The notes beneath the pieces are model-generated. The model was not told the origin of the DNA. It saw nothing but the letters and a program-made list of their open reading frames with translations, and made no database searches. DNA of 62,547 bases from Aquabacterium olei. Lineage in GTDB: Bacteria; Pseudomonadota; Gammaproteobacteria; Burkholderiales; Burkholderiaceae_C. How positions within the stretch are numbered: position 1 is the stretch's first letter; each line of letters starts with the position of its first letter. The stretch spans positions 1-62,547 of the forward strand of contig JAJUHM010000001.1 in assembly GCA_029279925.1 (NCBI GenBank), read 5' to 3'. The translations under genes and the position numbers were made by a program. Below, in pieces: positions 33,678 to 43,320 of the stretch.

Positions 33678-34763
33678 TCAGGTGGCCTCCCGGCGCAGCA
33701 GCGTCACACCGAGGGTGACGATGGTCAAGGGCACGACAAAGCCCAGCATGGCGTCACCGAAGGCGTCCAGTCCGGCGTGGCGCTGTGCCGCCATCACGAG
33801 GTAGGCCACGTAGGCAACGTAATAGGCCAGGAACAGGGCCCCCTCCCAGCGCGCGATCTCGCGTCCGGTGACGAACACCGGCACGCAGGCCACCAGCGTG
33901 GCGAGCATCACCCACAGGTCGAACTGGGCGACGTTCGGCGGCAGCGACAGCCCCTGCGGCGAGCCGATGCCGGCCACCACGGCGCCCAGGCCGACCACCC
34001 CGAACAGGTTGAAGACGCAGCTGCCGACCACGTTGCCCACCGCGATGTCCCGCTCGCCCTTGATGCTGGCCATGACCGAGGCGGCCACTTCGGGCAGGGA
34101 GGTGCCGGCGGCAACGATCGTCAGGCCAATGACCACTTCGGACAGGCCGAGCGCGCGCGCCACGGCGACGGCGGCCTGGACCAGCCAGTCGGACCCGAGC
34201 ACGAGCAGCGTCAGCCCGGCGACGATGAGGACGAGCTGGGCCGGCAGCCGGGCATCCCAGCGGCCGGGCTGCACGGGAGGCAGGTTGTCGGCGAACTCGT
34301 CCGGGCCGGTCGTGGCGGACTCTGCACGCGACTGGCGCACGAGGAACACGGTGTACGCGAGCAGCAGGCCCAGCAGCAGGGCGCCGTCGAACAGACCCAG
34401 CACGCCGTCAAGCCCCAGCACGATGAGCAGCACCGCGCCGCCGATCATGATGGGCGCCTCCTGGCGGATGACCTGCCGGTGCACGGCCAGCGGCGTGATC
34501 AGGGCGGCCAGGCCCAGGATGAACAGCACGTTGAAAATGTTGCTGCCCACCGCGTTGCCGACCGCCAGCCCGCCCTGGCCCGACAGCACCGCGCCGGTGG
34601 ACACCGCCATCTCAGGGGCGCTGGTGCCGAAGGCCACCACCGTCAGGCCGACGACCAGCGGCGACAGGCCCAGTCGCAAGGCCAGCAGCGAAGCCCCTCG
34701 CACCAGCAGGGTTGCTCCGACCACCAGGGCCACCAGCCCTGCAATGAAAAGGATGAGCGTCAT
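33678..34763 (-). CDS. Calcium/sodium antiporter (YrbG-type CaCA)
   Basis: Alpha repeats GTSAPE...GSN and GTSLPE...GNVVGS; 2 nt upstream of mrpA. Confidence 0.9.
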   Translation of the reverse strand: MTLILFIAGLVALVVGATLLVRGASLLALRLGLSPLVVGLTVVAFGTSAPEMAVSTGAVLSGQGGLAVGNAVGSNIFNVLFILGLAALITPLAVHRQVIRQEAPIMIGGAVLLIVLGLDGVLGLFDGALLLGLLLAYTVFLVRQSRAESATTGPDEFADNLPPVQPGRWDARLPAQLVLIVAGLTLLVLGSDWLVQAAVAVARALGLSEVVIGLTIVAAGTSLPEVAASVMASIKGERDIAVGNVVGSCVFNLFGVVGLGAVVAGIGSPQGLSLPPNVAQFDLWVMLATLVACVPVFVTGREIARWEGALFLAYYVAYVAYLVMAAQRHAGLDAFGDAMLGFVVPLTIVTLGVTLLRREAT

Positions 34764-34963
34764 CGTCCGGGGGTCCTCCTGGCGTGTTGGGACAACGTGC
34801 GTTCTGGCCCATTCTGCACCGACTCCGTGGCAGACAGGCGCATGGTCCTTTCAGACCATGCCGTGCGTTCGGGGGGCATGCAGGCGCGTCATGCCCGCTC
34901 TCTAGGCTGTGCAGCCGATCCGATCCCGTTCTCGCTGTTCCCGCTTTGCCAAGGAAGCCCTTC

Positions 34964-36865
34964 ATGCGCACCACCCTGATCGCCGCTGCGGCGGCCGCAG
35001 CCCTGCTCGCGCCCGCTGCGTTCGCCCAGTCCTGCTCGCCCGCCGATCCCTCGCCCACCGTGGTGCTCGGCAGCACCGACTCGGGCGTGCCCAACCGCTT
35101 GCTGCCCTCCGGCTGCAGCATCGACGACCTCATCCAGGACGAAGTGCAATGGGGCAGCCAGGCCGGCTTCCTCACGCATGTCTCGAACGTGACCTTCGGG
35201 CTGATGCGGGATGGCCGTCTCAGCGTCGCCGAGCGGGCGCGCCTGCTGCAGGCCGCCCAGACTTCGAAGATCGGCACGACGATCACGGTCAAGGTGATCG
35301 GCTTCAACGACTTCCACGGCTACATCAAGGGCGGCGAAGGCTCGTCGAGCAACCCGGGCGTTGCCCGCATGGCCACGCGCATCGACGAACTGCGCGCGAA
35401 GAACCCGCTGAACGCGGTGGTGTCGGCCGGCGACATGGTGGGCGCCAGCCCGCTGACCTCGGCGCTGTTCAAGGACGAGCCCACCATCGAGGCCATGAAC
35501 CGCATCGGCATCGACTTCAATGCCACGGGCAACCACGAGTTCGACGAAGGCAAGGCCGAGCTGCTGCGCCTCAAGCAGGGCGGCAACCACCCGACCGACC
35601 CGTACTCCGGCAAGGGCCTGCCGCAGGACCTGCGTGCCGATGGCGAGTTCGCCGGGGCCCGCTTCGACTTCCTGTCGGCCAACGTGGTCGACACCACCAC
35701 GGGCAAGACCGTGTTCCCCGGCTATGGCGTCAAGCGCTTCCTGGGTCACAAGGTGGCCTTTGTCGGCATGACGCTGGAGGCCACGCCCACCATCGTGTCG
35801 CCCGCGGGCGTGGCCGGGCTGCGCTTCGACGACGAGGCCGACACCGTCAACGCGCTCGTGCCCAAGCTGAAGGCCGAAGGCATCGAGGCCATCGTCGTGC
35901 TGATCCACGAAGGCGGCTTCGCCTCGGGCGGTATCAACGGCTGCAGCGGCGTGTCGGGGCCCATCGTCGACATCGTCAAGCGCCTGGACCCGGCCATCGA
36001 CCTGGTCGTGTCCGGCCACACGCATGCGGCCTACAACTGCCTGCTGCCCAACAGCGCGGGCAAGCCTGTGCGCGTGACCTCGTCGGGTCAGTATGGTCGC
36101 AACCTCACCGACATCGACCTGGTGATCGACACCCGCACCCGCGACGTCGTGTCCACCACGGCCACCAACATCGCCACCGGCACGACCACGGCCGAGGCGG
36201 CCTACCTGACCGACCTGGTGGCGCACTACGACGCGCTGGCCGCCGTGCCCAAGGCGCGCCCGATCGGCGTGATCACCGCGGCCATCAGCCGCACGGCCAA
36301 CGATGCGGGCGAATCGGCCCTGGGTGATGTGATCGCCGATGCGCAGCTGGACGCAACCGACGACGCCGGTTTCGGCGAGGCGGTGGTGGCCTTCATGAAC
36401 CCGGGCGGCATCCGCGCCGACCTGCCGTACAACGCCGGTGGCGTCGTGACCTATGGCGATGCCTTCACCGTGCAGCCCTTCGGCAATTCGCTGGTGACGA
36501 TGACACTGGACGGCGCGCAGATCCGCACGCTGCTCGAGACCCAGTTCGCCGGCTGCAATGGCCAGACGCAGGACCGCATCCTGCAGGTCTCGCGCGGCTT
36601 CAGCTACAGCTGGTCTGCCAGCGGCAGCTGCGGCGCGCGCATCAGCGCCATCACGCTGAACGGCACGCCGGTGCAGCCGGCCTCGCGCTACCGCGTCACG
36701 GTCAACAGCTTCCTGGCCGACGGCGGCGACGGCTTTGCCGTGCTGCAGCAGGGCGAGGGGCGCCTCGGCGGCGCGGTGGACACCGACGCCTTCGAGGCCT
36801 ACCTGCAGGCCAACCCGGCCGGTGTGGCCCCGGGTGCTCAGAACCGCATCAAGCGCCTGCCCTGA
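34964..36865 (+). CDS. Exported metallophosphatase/5'-nucleotidase with extra N-terminal domain
   Basis: Signal peptide, NDFHG, AGD, GNHEFD, SGHTH, NPGGIRA, QPFGN, GGDGF. Confidence 0.9.
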   Translation: MRTTLIAAAAAAALLAPAAFAQSCSPADPSPTVVLGSTDSGVPNRLLPSGCSIDDLIQDEVQWGSQAGFLTHVSNVTFGLMRDGRLSVAERARLLQAAQTSKIGTTITVKVIGFNDFHGYIKGGEGSSSNPGVARMATRIDELRAKNPLNAVVSAGDMVGASPLTSALFKDEPTIEAMNRIGIDFNATGNHEFDEGKAELLRLKQGGNHPTDPYSGKGLPQDLRADGEFAGARFDFLSANVVDTTTGKTVFPGYGVKRFLGHKVAFVGMTLEATPTIVSPAGVAGLRFDDEADTVNALVPKLKAEGIEAIVVLIHEGGFASGGINGCSGVSGPIVDIVKRLDPAIDLVVSGHTHAAYNCLLPNSAGKPVRVTSSGQYGRNLTDIDLVIDTRTRDVVSTTATNIATGTTTAEAAYLTDLVAHYDALAAVPKARPIGVITAAISRTANDAGESALGDVIADAQLDATDDAGFGEAVVAFMNPGGIRADLPYNAGGVVTYGDAFTVQPFGNSLVTMTLDGAQIRTLLETQFAGCNGQTQDRILQVSRGFSYSWSASGSCGARISAITLNGTPVQPASRYRVTVNSFLADGGDGFAVLQQGEGRLGGAVDTDAFEAYLQANPAGVAPGAQNRIKRLP

Positions 36866-36883
36866 ACGTTCCTGGAGACCGAC

Positions 36884-37726
36884 ATGAAGCGCAATGTGAT
36901 GACCGTGATGGCCGCAGGCCTGCTGACCGCTGCGGGCCTGCCCGGAGCCCATGCCGCCCGCCTGCAGCTCGTGGGACTGGGAGAGGGCTTCGACCTGGTG
37001 CTCGCCTCGGCGACCGTGGGGGGCCAGATGCATGACCTGGTGCTGGGTGACAGCCTCACCGACCTGTCGTCGGCGCAGGAGCTGGGCCGCGCCGGGGCCG
37101 GATGGACGACCCTGCCGGCCAGTGTGGGCGAAGGCGGTGCCGAGGTGGGCTGGGATGGTGGCCTCTTCGCGGGCAACCGCCCGGACGGCGTGGCCCATGT
37201 GACGACGTACACCTCGGCCAGCCTGACGGCCCAAGGCCCAGCCCCGTTGGCGGCGGACGGTGCCGGGGTCTCGGCCGAGGTGGGGGTGATTGGCCTGCAG
37301 TGGCGCATCGTCGGCGATGCGGGCGAGGCGGCAGGGTCGCTGGTCGATGTGCATTTCGCAGGCCTGGCCCACACCTTTGCCACCTCGGACATCGCCCAGG
37401 TGACGCCGGGTTGGGGTGGCGCCAGCGGGCTGCAGGTGTCGATCGATGGCGTGGACGTGCTGGGTGCGTGGTTCGATGTCACCCAGGCTGTGAGCCTGCG
37501 CTTTCAGGCGCGGGTGGGCGACCTGCTGACCGTGTCGGCCTTCAGCCGCGCACAGATGGATTCCGCGGTAGGCGACACGCTGCTGGCGGGGCAGGGCTAT
37601 GGCGCCGCAGCCGGGCTGCAGGGCACCTTCTCGGTGACCAGCGCGGTGCCCGAGCCGGCCTCTGTCGCGCTGGTGCTGGCCGGGCTGGCCGTCGTGGCCG
37701 CGCTGACGCGTCGCCGCCCGCGCTGA
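36884..37726 (+). CDS. PEP-CTERM exosortase-sorted protein
   Basis: Signal peptide, C-terminal VPEP + TM + RRRPR. Confidence 0.9.
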   Translation: MKRNVMTVMAAGLLTAAGLPGAHAARLQLVGLGEGFDLVLASATVGGQMHDLVLGDSLTDLSSAQELGRAGAGWTTLPASVGEGGAEVGWDGGLFAGNRPDGVAHVTTYTSASLTAQGPAPLAADGAGVSAEVGVIGLQWRIVGDAGEAAGSLVDVHFAGLAHTFATSDIAQVTPGWGGASGLQVSIDGVDVLGAWFDVTQAVSLRFQARVGDLLTVSAFSRAQMDSAVGDTLLAGQGYGAAAGLQGTFSVTSAVPEPASVALVLAGLAVVAALTRRRPR

Positions 37727-37744
37727 GTGCGCTGAGCGGGCGCG

Positions 37745-39865
37745 TCAGCCGCCAGCCTGCTGCAGGGCCAGGCGGTTCTTGAAGGCCCGCTTGGCCACGT
37801 ACATCGCCCGGTCGGCGGTGTCGAGCAGGCGGTGGGCGTCGGTGTCCACATCCGGCGCCAAGGCGACCCCGAAGCTGATGGTCACGGCGACCTCATGGCC
37901 GTCCGGCAGGCGGACGGGCTGGGCCACGGCCTGGCGCGCGCGCGCCAGAATCAGCTCGACCTCGTCCGGGGCGGTCAGCTGGGTGAGCACCAGCACGAAC
38001 TCGTCGCCACCCAGGCGGGCCGCGGTGTCGTTGGCGCGGATCACGCCCTGAAGCCGGCGGGCCACCTCGCACAGCAGGCGGTCGCCTGCGTCGTGCCCGT
38101 GACGGTCGTTGACCGCCTTGAAACCGTCGAGGTCACCGAAGCACACCGCCACATGTTTGCCATTGCGTGCCGTGCCGGCAATCGCCTGCTTCAGGCGGTC
38201 CAGCAGGAGGGCGCGGTTGGGCAGGCCCGTCAGGGGATCCTGGAAGGCCATTTCTTCGACCTTCTGCTGGTAGGCCTTCATCGCGGTGATGTCCTGCATC
38301 ATCCACACCGACTCGTTGTGCTCGGGCGTGAGCATCGTGCCGCTCATGTCCACCCACAGGCGCCGCCCGTCACGGGCCAGCATCTGCTCCTGCGTCCGGT
38401 AGATGCCGCCGGCATGCACGACCGGGTGGGCCTCGGCTGACACCCGTTCGAACGCCGTCGGATCGGCATAGAGCATGGCGCTGTTCTTGCCGAGCAGCTC
38501 GGAGAGGTCGTAGCCCGAGAGCTTTTCGAAGGCGCGGTTGGCCCAGGTCACGCGCAACGAGGCGATCTTGACGATGCCCACCATCTCGTTGTCCAGCATC
38601 AGGTGCTGCTGCCGGTTGGCGGCCTGCAGCGCCAGGCGGGTGCGGTGCAGTTCGGTCACGTCGATGATGACCGTGCGGCTGCGCAGGAAACGGCCCTCGT
38701 CGTCGTACAGGGCGGTGGCCATCACGCTGACGTGGCGGGCCTGACCGTCGGCGGCGATCAGGTCGAACTCTTCCGGGCCGAAGTGGCCCTCGCGCATGAA
38801 GCGCGGGTAGACCTCGGCGAAGCGGGCCCGCCCGTCCTCGGTGAAGAAATCGCGCGGGCTGCGCCGGCCCAGCAAGGCCTCCCGCGTGTCGCCGTAGAGC
38901 TCGGCAGCCTTGCGGTTGATGTCGACGAAGGTGCCCGCCGCATCCAGCGAGTAATAGCCGCAGGGGGCGTTCTCGTACAGGTCCTCAAGGTGGCGCCGGG
39001 ACTCGGCCAGGCGCTTCTGCGCGTCCTGGCGCTCGGAGATGTCGTGCAGAAACGCCGCGTACAGCGTGCCCCGGTGGGCCGACTGCAGGGCCGTGACCGT
39101 GACCTCGCACGGAAACACCGTGCCATCCCGGCGCATGGCCGGCAGCTCGCGACGGCGGTCCACCACGCGGGCGATGCTGGCCTCATGCATGTCGGCCATG
39201 CCCTGGCGATGGCGGCCGCGGAAGGCCGGCGGCACCACCAGCTCGTCGAGCCGGCGGCCGAGGGCCTCCTCCCTTGTCCAGCCGAAGGTCAGCTCGGCCT
39301 GCCGGTTCCACTCCACCACCGTGCCGGCGGCGTCGATGCAGATGTAGGCGTCGTAGGAGTTGGCCAGCAAGGCACGCAGCTCGGCATGCAGTTCGTTCAG
39401 CTGTGCCTGCTCCGAGGTCCCGGGCTCATGCAGGGCCGACGCGACCAGGGGCGTGAGGTCGCTCAGCAGGGCGAGGTCGTCGTCGGTGAACGAGCGTGGC
39501 GTGTGCGCCAGCGCCCACAGCGTGCCGATCACCTCTCCTTCGGTGCTCCGCAGGGGCACGCTCGCGCAGGCCTGCAGCTCGGCCCCCGCCGCGGCCTGCC
39601 AGGCCGATGCCAGCGCGGGCTCGGCCTGCAGGCTGGCCATGGCCACCGGTGCAGGCCGGGCAGGGAAGTCGAGCGTGGACAGGGCGGTCACCGGCCCCTC
39701 GCCCGCCGACACCAGGCTGACAAGGCGCTGCCTGTCGCCCTGCGCGAGCGACACGGCCGCCAGCGAAACCTTCAGCTGGCGGCAGACGAAGCGGGCAAAG
39801 CCGTCGAGCGCGGGCGCGCCTCGGGCGGGCGCGCTCGGCGCCGCACAGGGGGAGAGGATGGCCAT
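37745..39865 (-). CDS. Diguanylate cyclase (GAF-PAS-PAS-PAS-GGDEF)
   Basis: DPLTGLPNR, DLDGFKAVND and RLGGDEF; three PAS-like repeats. Confidence 0.92.
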   Translation of the reverse strand: MAILSPCAAPSAPARGAPALDGFARFVCRQLKVSLAAVSLAQGDRQRLVSLVSAGEGPVTALSTLDFPARPAPVAMASLQAEPALASAWQAAAGAELQACASVPLRSTEGEVIGTLWALAHTPRSFTDDDLALLSDLTPLVASALHEPGTSEQAQLNELHAELRALLANSYDAYICIDAAGTVVEWNRQAELTFGWTREEALGRRLDELVVPPAFRGRHRQGMADMHEASIARVVDRRRELPAMRRDGTVFPCEVTVTALQSAHRGTLYAAFLHDISERQDAQKRLAESRRHLEDLYENAPCGYYSLDAAGTFVDINRKAAELYGDTREALLGRRSPRDFFTEDGRARFAEVYPRFMREGHFGPEEFDLIAADGQARHVSVMATALYDDEGRFLRSRTVIIDVTELHRTRLALQAANRQQHLMLDNEMVGIVKIASLRVTWANRAFEKLSGYDLSELLGKNSAMLYADPTAFERVSAEAHPVVHAGGIYRTQEQMLARDGRRLWVDMSGTMLTPEHNESVWMMQDITAMKAYQQKVEEMAFQDPLTGLPNRALLLDRLKQAIAGTARNGKHVAVCFGDLDGFKAVNDRHGHDAGDRLLCEVARRLQGVIRANDTAARLGGDEFVLVLTQLTAPDEVELILARARQAVAQPVRLPDGHEVAVTISFGVALAPDVDTDAHRLLDTADRAMYVAKRAFKNRLALQQAGG

Positions 39866-40013
39866 GGTGGGCCCGGGCGACGGGGGCGCGTCACCCGGTT
39901 GGGTACTGCAAAACGTGAGGCATCCATTGTCGGGCGTTCACGGGCTGCCGAAACCCCGATATCGCGCACGATCCGGGTGGAGTTGTGCGGTGTGGCCGGA
40001 ACCGCGCACCGGC

Positions 40014-40382
40014 TCAGGCGCAGTCCGGGCAGCGTCCGTACAGTGTCAGCTCGTGGCGCTCCACCTCGAACCCGGGTGGTGCCATGCCCTTGAAGCTGCC
40101 CGGGCAGCTGAACACATCGAACACCCGCTGGCAGCGGGTGCACTGGAAGTGGTGGTGGTGCTTCTGGTGTGCCTGTTCATAGCGCGGGTTCTCACCCGGC
40201 AGTGTCACCAGGTCGATCTCCCCGGCCTCGAGCAGGGCCTTGATGTTGCGGTAGACCGTGGCGATGCCCAGCCCCGGCACGCTCACCTGCGAGGCGTCCA
40301 GGATTTCCTGCGTGGACAGCGGCCGCCCCGCGGCTTCGATCACCTGGCGGATGGCGGTTCTCTGGCGGGTGGAGCGTTCCAT
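40014..40382 (-). CDS. Fur-family metalloregulator
   Basis: TRQR, ATVYRN, HHHHFQCTRC and HELTLYGRCPDC. Confidence 0.9.
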   Translation of the reverse strand: MERSTRQRTAIRQVIEAAGRPLSTQEILDASQVSVPGLGIATVYRNIKALLEAGEIDLVTLPGENPRYEQAHQKHHHHFQCTRCQRVFDVFSCPGSFKGMAPPGFEVERHELTLYGRCPDCA

Positions 40383-40449
40383 GGACACGGCGGGGCACGG
40401 CGAAGCAAGGGGGCCCCCGGGATTTTCGCACGGCTGCCACGTTGTGATC

Positions 40450-40467
40450 ATGATAAAGCGATATCAT
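40450..40467. promoter_or_regulatory. Fur-family-box-like palindrome ATGATA-N6-TATCAT
   Basis: AT-rich dyad between the divergent regulator and TonB receptor genes. Confidence 0.55.
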
Positions 40468-40496
40468 CAGCGCATCCTGTTCACGTGCCCGATGTG

Positions 40497-42695
40497 ATGC
40501 CTTCCGTCCGCGTTCCCCGTTCGACTGCTGCCGCCTCCCCCTTCTTCCGCCCCCGTGCCACCGTGGGGGCCGCCTTGCTGGCCCTGGGCCCGGCGTGGTC
40601 GGGTGCACAGACCACCGGGGCGCCCGAACCCGAGGCTCAGCTGCCCTCGGTGACCGTCGTGGGCCGCAGCAGTTCGGGCGCTTACCACGCCGCCGGGGCC
40701 GAAGGCGCCCGCACCGAGGCGCCGCTTCGCGAGCTGCCGCAATCGGTGCGGGTGCTCACCCGTCAGGCGGTGGACGACCTGGGGGCCACGCGGCTGGACG
40801 AGGTGCTGGACCATGTGGGGGGCATCTCGCGCCAGAACAACATCGGGGGTTTCGTCGACAACATCGCCATCCGTGGCCTGCCCGGTGACGAAAGCACGGG
40901 CCTGGGCGTGCTGCTCAATGGCTTCGGCGGCAACCGCGGCCTCAACGTGTCGCGCGACCTGGCGGCCGTGGAGCGCGTGGAGTTCCTCAAAGGGCCGGCC
41001 GCTGCGCTGTACGGCTCGAGCGAGCCGGGCGGCGTGCTCAACATCGTCTCCAAGGCCCCGCGCTGGCAGGCCGGTCATGCGCTCGAGACCTACTTCGGCA
41101 CCCAGAACCTGCGCCGTGTGGCGCTGGACAGCACTGGCCCCCTGAGCGACACCCTGGCCTACCGGCTCAACCTGGCGCACGAACAGCGGGACGGTTTTCG
41201 CGACCATGTGGGCAGCAAGCGGCAGGTGGTCGCGCCGGCGCTGACCTGGAAGGTCGCCCCCCTGACGACGGTGCGCTATGTGGGCGAGTTCCTGCAGCAG
41301 CAGTCGCCGTTCGACCGCGGCGTGCCCGCCGTGCGACAGGCCGACGGCCGTTTCCGCCTGGGGGCTGTGCCGCGCAGCCGCTTTCTGGGCGAACCCGCCG
41401 ATGGCGATGTGGCGCTGCGCGACCAGACCCACCAGTGGTCGGTCGAGCACGAGTGGAATGCCGACTGGCGCACCCGCGTGGCCACCTCGGCGCGCCACAC
41501 CGACCTCGAGGGCGCCTCGTCCGAGGCCCGTCTGCTGCAGAGTGACGGCCTGATGCGCCGGCAGCGCCGCGAGCGCGACTGGGAGCAGCAGGACCTCGGG
41601 CTGCAGGCCGAGTTGCTGGGCCGCTGGCAGGTCGCCGGACAGGCACACGAGTCCGTGTTCGGTGTCGAGACCTACCGCTTCCGCTTCGAGGAGGTCCAGC
41701 GCCGCTTCAACCCGACGGCAGGCAACCCCTATGCCATCGACATCTACAACCCCGTGTATGGCCAGGCGCAGCCTGTTCCGTTGCCCTTCACCGACCGCGT
41801 CCAGCGCCGCCATGGCAGGGCGCTGTACGCCCAGGACGTCTGGACGGTGGCGCCGCAATGGCGTGTGATGCTGGGCCTGCGGCTGGACGACGCGGGCCAG
41901 TCCACGCACGACCGCCGCAGCACCGCCGCCGTGCCGCACGCTGCGCAGCGCTCGCAGGCGTGGTCGCACCGGGCCGGCGTGAGCTGGCTGCCCGATGCCA
42001 ACTGGACGGTCTACGCCAACACGGGGCGCAGTTTCCGCCCGAATGACGGCACCAGCCAGCAGGGCCAGATGCTGACACCCGAGCGCGGGACGGCCTACGA
42101 GCTGGGCACCAAGTGGGAGCGCTCGGACCGCAAGCTGGGCGCCACCGCCGCGCTGTTCGACATCCGCAAGCGCAATGTGAAGACGGCCGATCCGACGGAT
42201 ACCTCAGGCAGCTTCTTCGTCTCGGCCGGCGAGGTGCGCAGCCGCGGAGCCGAGCTCGACGTATCCGGGCAGCTCAGCCGCCACTGGCGCGTGAGCGGGG
42301 CGCTGGCCTACAACGAGGTCGAGGTCACGCGCGACAACCTGCTGAAGGTGGGCGAGACGCTGCTGAACGTCCCCCGGCTGACCGGCAGCGTGCTCGCGGT
42401 CTTCGAGGGCGTGATGTCCGGTGGACAGCGCTACAGTCTCGGCGGTGGGTTCACCCACGTGTCGGACCGACTGGGCAAGGCGCGCACCCAGACCGACACC
42501 GCCCCGGCCTTCCGGCTGCCGTCCTACACGGTGGCCAAGGTGGTGGGGCATGTGCAACTGACGCCGAATGTGAAGCTCACGCTCGACATCGACAACGTGT
42601 TTGACAAGACCTACTACACCAGCTCCTATTCCGATCTGTGGGTGACCCCCGGCTCGCCGCGTGCGGTGACCGTGGGCGCACAGGTGCGCTTCTGA
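40497..42695 (+). CDS. TonB-dependent outer membrane receptor
   Basis: LPSVTV TonB box, ERVEFLKGPAAALYG...PGG plug, DNVFDKTY, terminal Phe. Start approximate. Confidence 0.92.
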   Translation: MPSVRVPRSTAAASPFFRPRATVGAALLALGPAWSGAQTTGAPEPEAQLPSVTVVGRSSSGAYHAAGAEGARTEAPLRELPQSVRVLTRQAVDDLGATRLDEVLDHVGGISRQNNIGGFVDNIAIRGLPGDESTGLGVLLNGFGGNRGLNVSRDLAAVERVEFLKGPAAALYGSSEPGGVLNIVSKAPRWQAGHALETYFGTQNLRRVALDSTGPLSDTLAYRLNLAHEQRDGFRDHVGSKRQVVAPALTWKVAPLTTVRYVGEFLQQQSPFDRGVPAVRQADGRFRLGAVPRSRFLGEPADGDVALRDQTHQWSVEHEWNADWRTRVATSARHTDLEGASSEARLLQSDGLMRRQRRERDWEQQDLGLQAELLGRWQVAGQAHESVFGVETYRFRFEEVQRRFNPTAGNPYAIDIYNPVYGQAQPVPLPFTDRVQRRHGRALYAQDVWTVAPQWRVMLGLRLDDAGQSTHDRRSTAAVPHAAQRSQAWSHRAGVSWLPDANWTVYANTGRSFRPNDGTSQQGQMLTPERGTAYELGTKWERSDRKLGATAALFDIRKRNVKTADPTDTSGSFFVSAGEVRSRGAELDVSGQLSRHWRVSGALAYNEVEVTRDNLLKVGETLLNVPRLTGSVLAVFEGVMSGGQRYSLGGGFTHVSDRLGKARTQTDTAPAFRLPSYTVAKVVGHVQLTPNVKLTLDIDNVFDKTYYTSSYSDLWVTPGSPRAVTVGAQVRF

Positions 42696-42696
42696 C

Positions 42697-43131
42697 ATGA
42701 CGGTCTCGCGTCGACAGGCCCTGGCGGGTGCCGGAGCCTGGATGCTGGCGGGCGGCCACGCCCTGCGGCATGCGCCGGCTCACGCCCACGAGGCCGACCC
42801 GGTGCTGCAGGTGGTCGGCCCCTGGGAAATCGGCGGGCTGCATCCTGCGGCCACGGGCAACCTGTTCCAGCGCTTCGAGGTGCTGGAAAGCCTGCTGGAG
42901 GCGGACGACGCCGGCCGGCCGCTGCCGGGGCTGGCCGCCACGTGGCGGGTCAGCGGCGACGGGTTGCGCTGGCAGTTCAGCCTGCGCCCCAGAGCGCGCT
43001 TCCATGACGGGACCGACGTGGACGCCGAGGCGGTGGTGGCCAGCCTGCGCCGTGCCCAGACGCCGCCGGGTGTGCTCGCGCAGGCGCCGATCGTCCGGAT
43101 GCACGCCGGTGACGAGGGGGGGACCGTTTAG
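42697..43131 (+). pseudogene. 5' fragment of a family-5 (NikA/DppA-type) ABC substrate-binding protein, interrupted at ~43110
   Basis: Tat-like SRRQAL and PGLAATW...WQFSLRPRARFHDGT. Only 144 aa versus roughly 500 typical; stops just inside phage DNA. Confidence 0.85.
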
Positions 43132-43235
43132 ATTGATCCACCGGGGATGACCGGGTTGGGCCCCGGAAACCCACGCTGAATCAACAACTTAGGTCCACCG
43201 GAGCGTCAATCGGCGCGGACGTTTATTTTGATCTG
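43110..43235 (+). promoter_or_regulatory. Putative prophage end: terminal TG, two candidate transposase sites and an IHF site
   Basis: TG at 43110; CGTTTAgaTTGATC at 43125-43138 and CGTTTAttTTGATC at 43220-43233. AATCAACAACTTA at 43179-43191 matches the IHF consensus WATCAANNNNTTR. Confidence 0.65.
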
Positions 43236-43320
43236 CTTTGGGCGGTGCAGTTGTCCACAATCCGCCAGAAAAATGCCCATCGGCCGGGCTGCATTTGGGC
43301 GGCGGGCGCCCGAAAAATGT

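Noticed and set aside
39360-40496. 1111-aa TonB receptor with a long N-terminal extension
   Set aside because: The extension overlaps the Fur-family and diguanylate cyclase genes on the opposite strand; the signal peptide begins near 40497.
43116-43155. Tn3- or IS5-type inverted repeat at the GGGGGGGACCGTTTAG junction
   Set aside because: No TAAG at the Tn3 position, no partner repeat and no IS transposase nearby. A phage end fits better, though an IS scar is not fully excluded.
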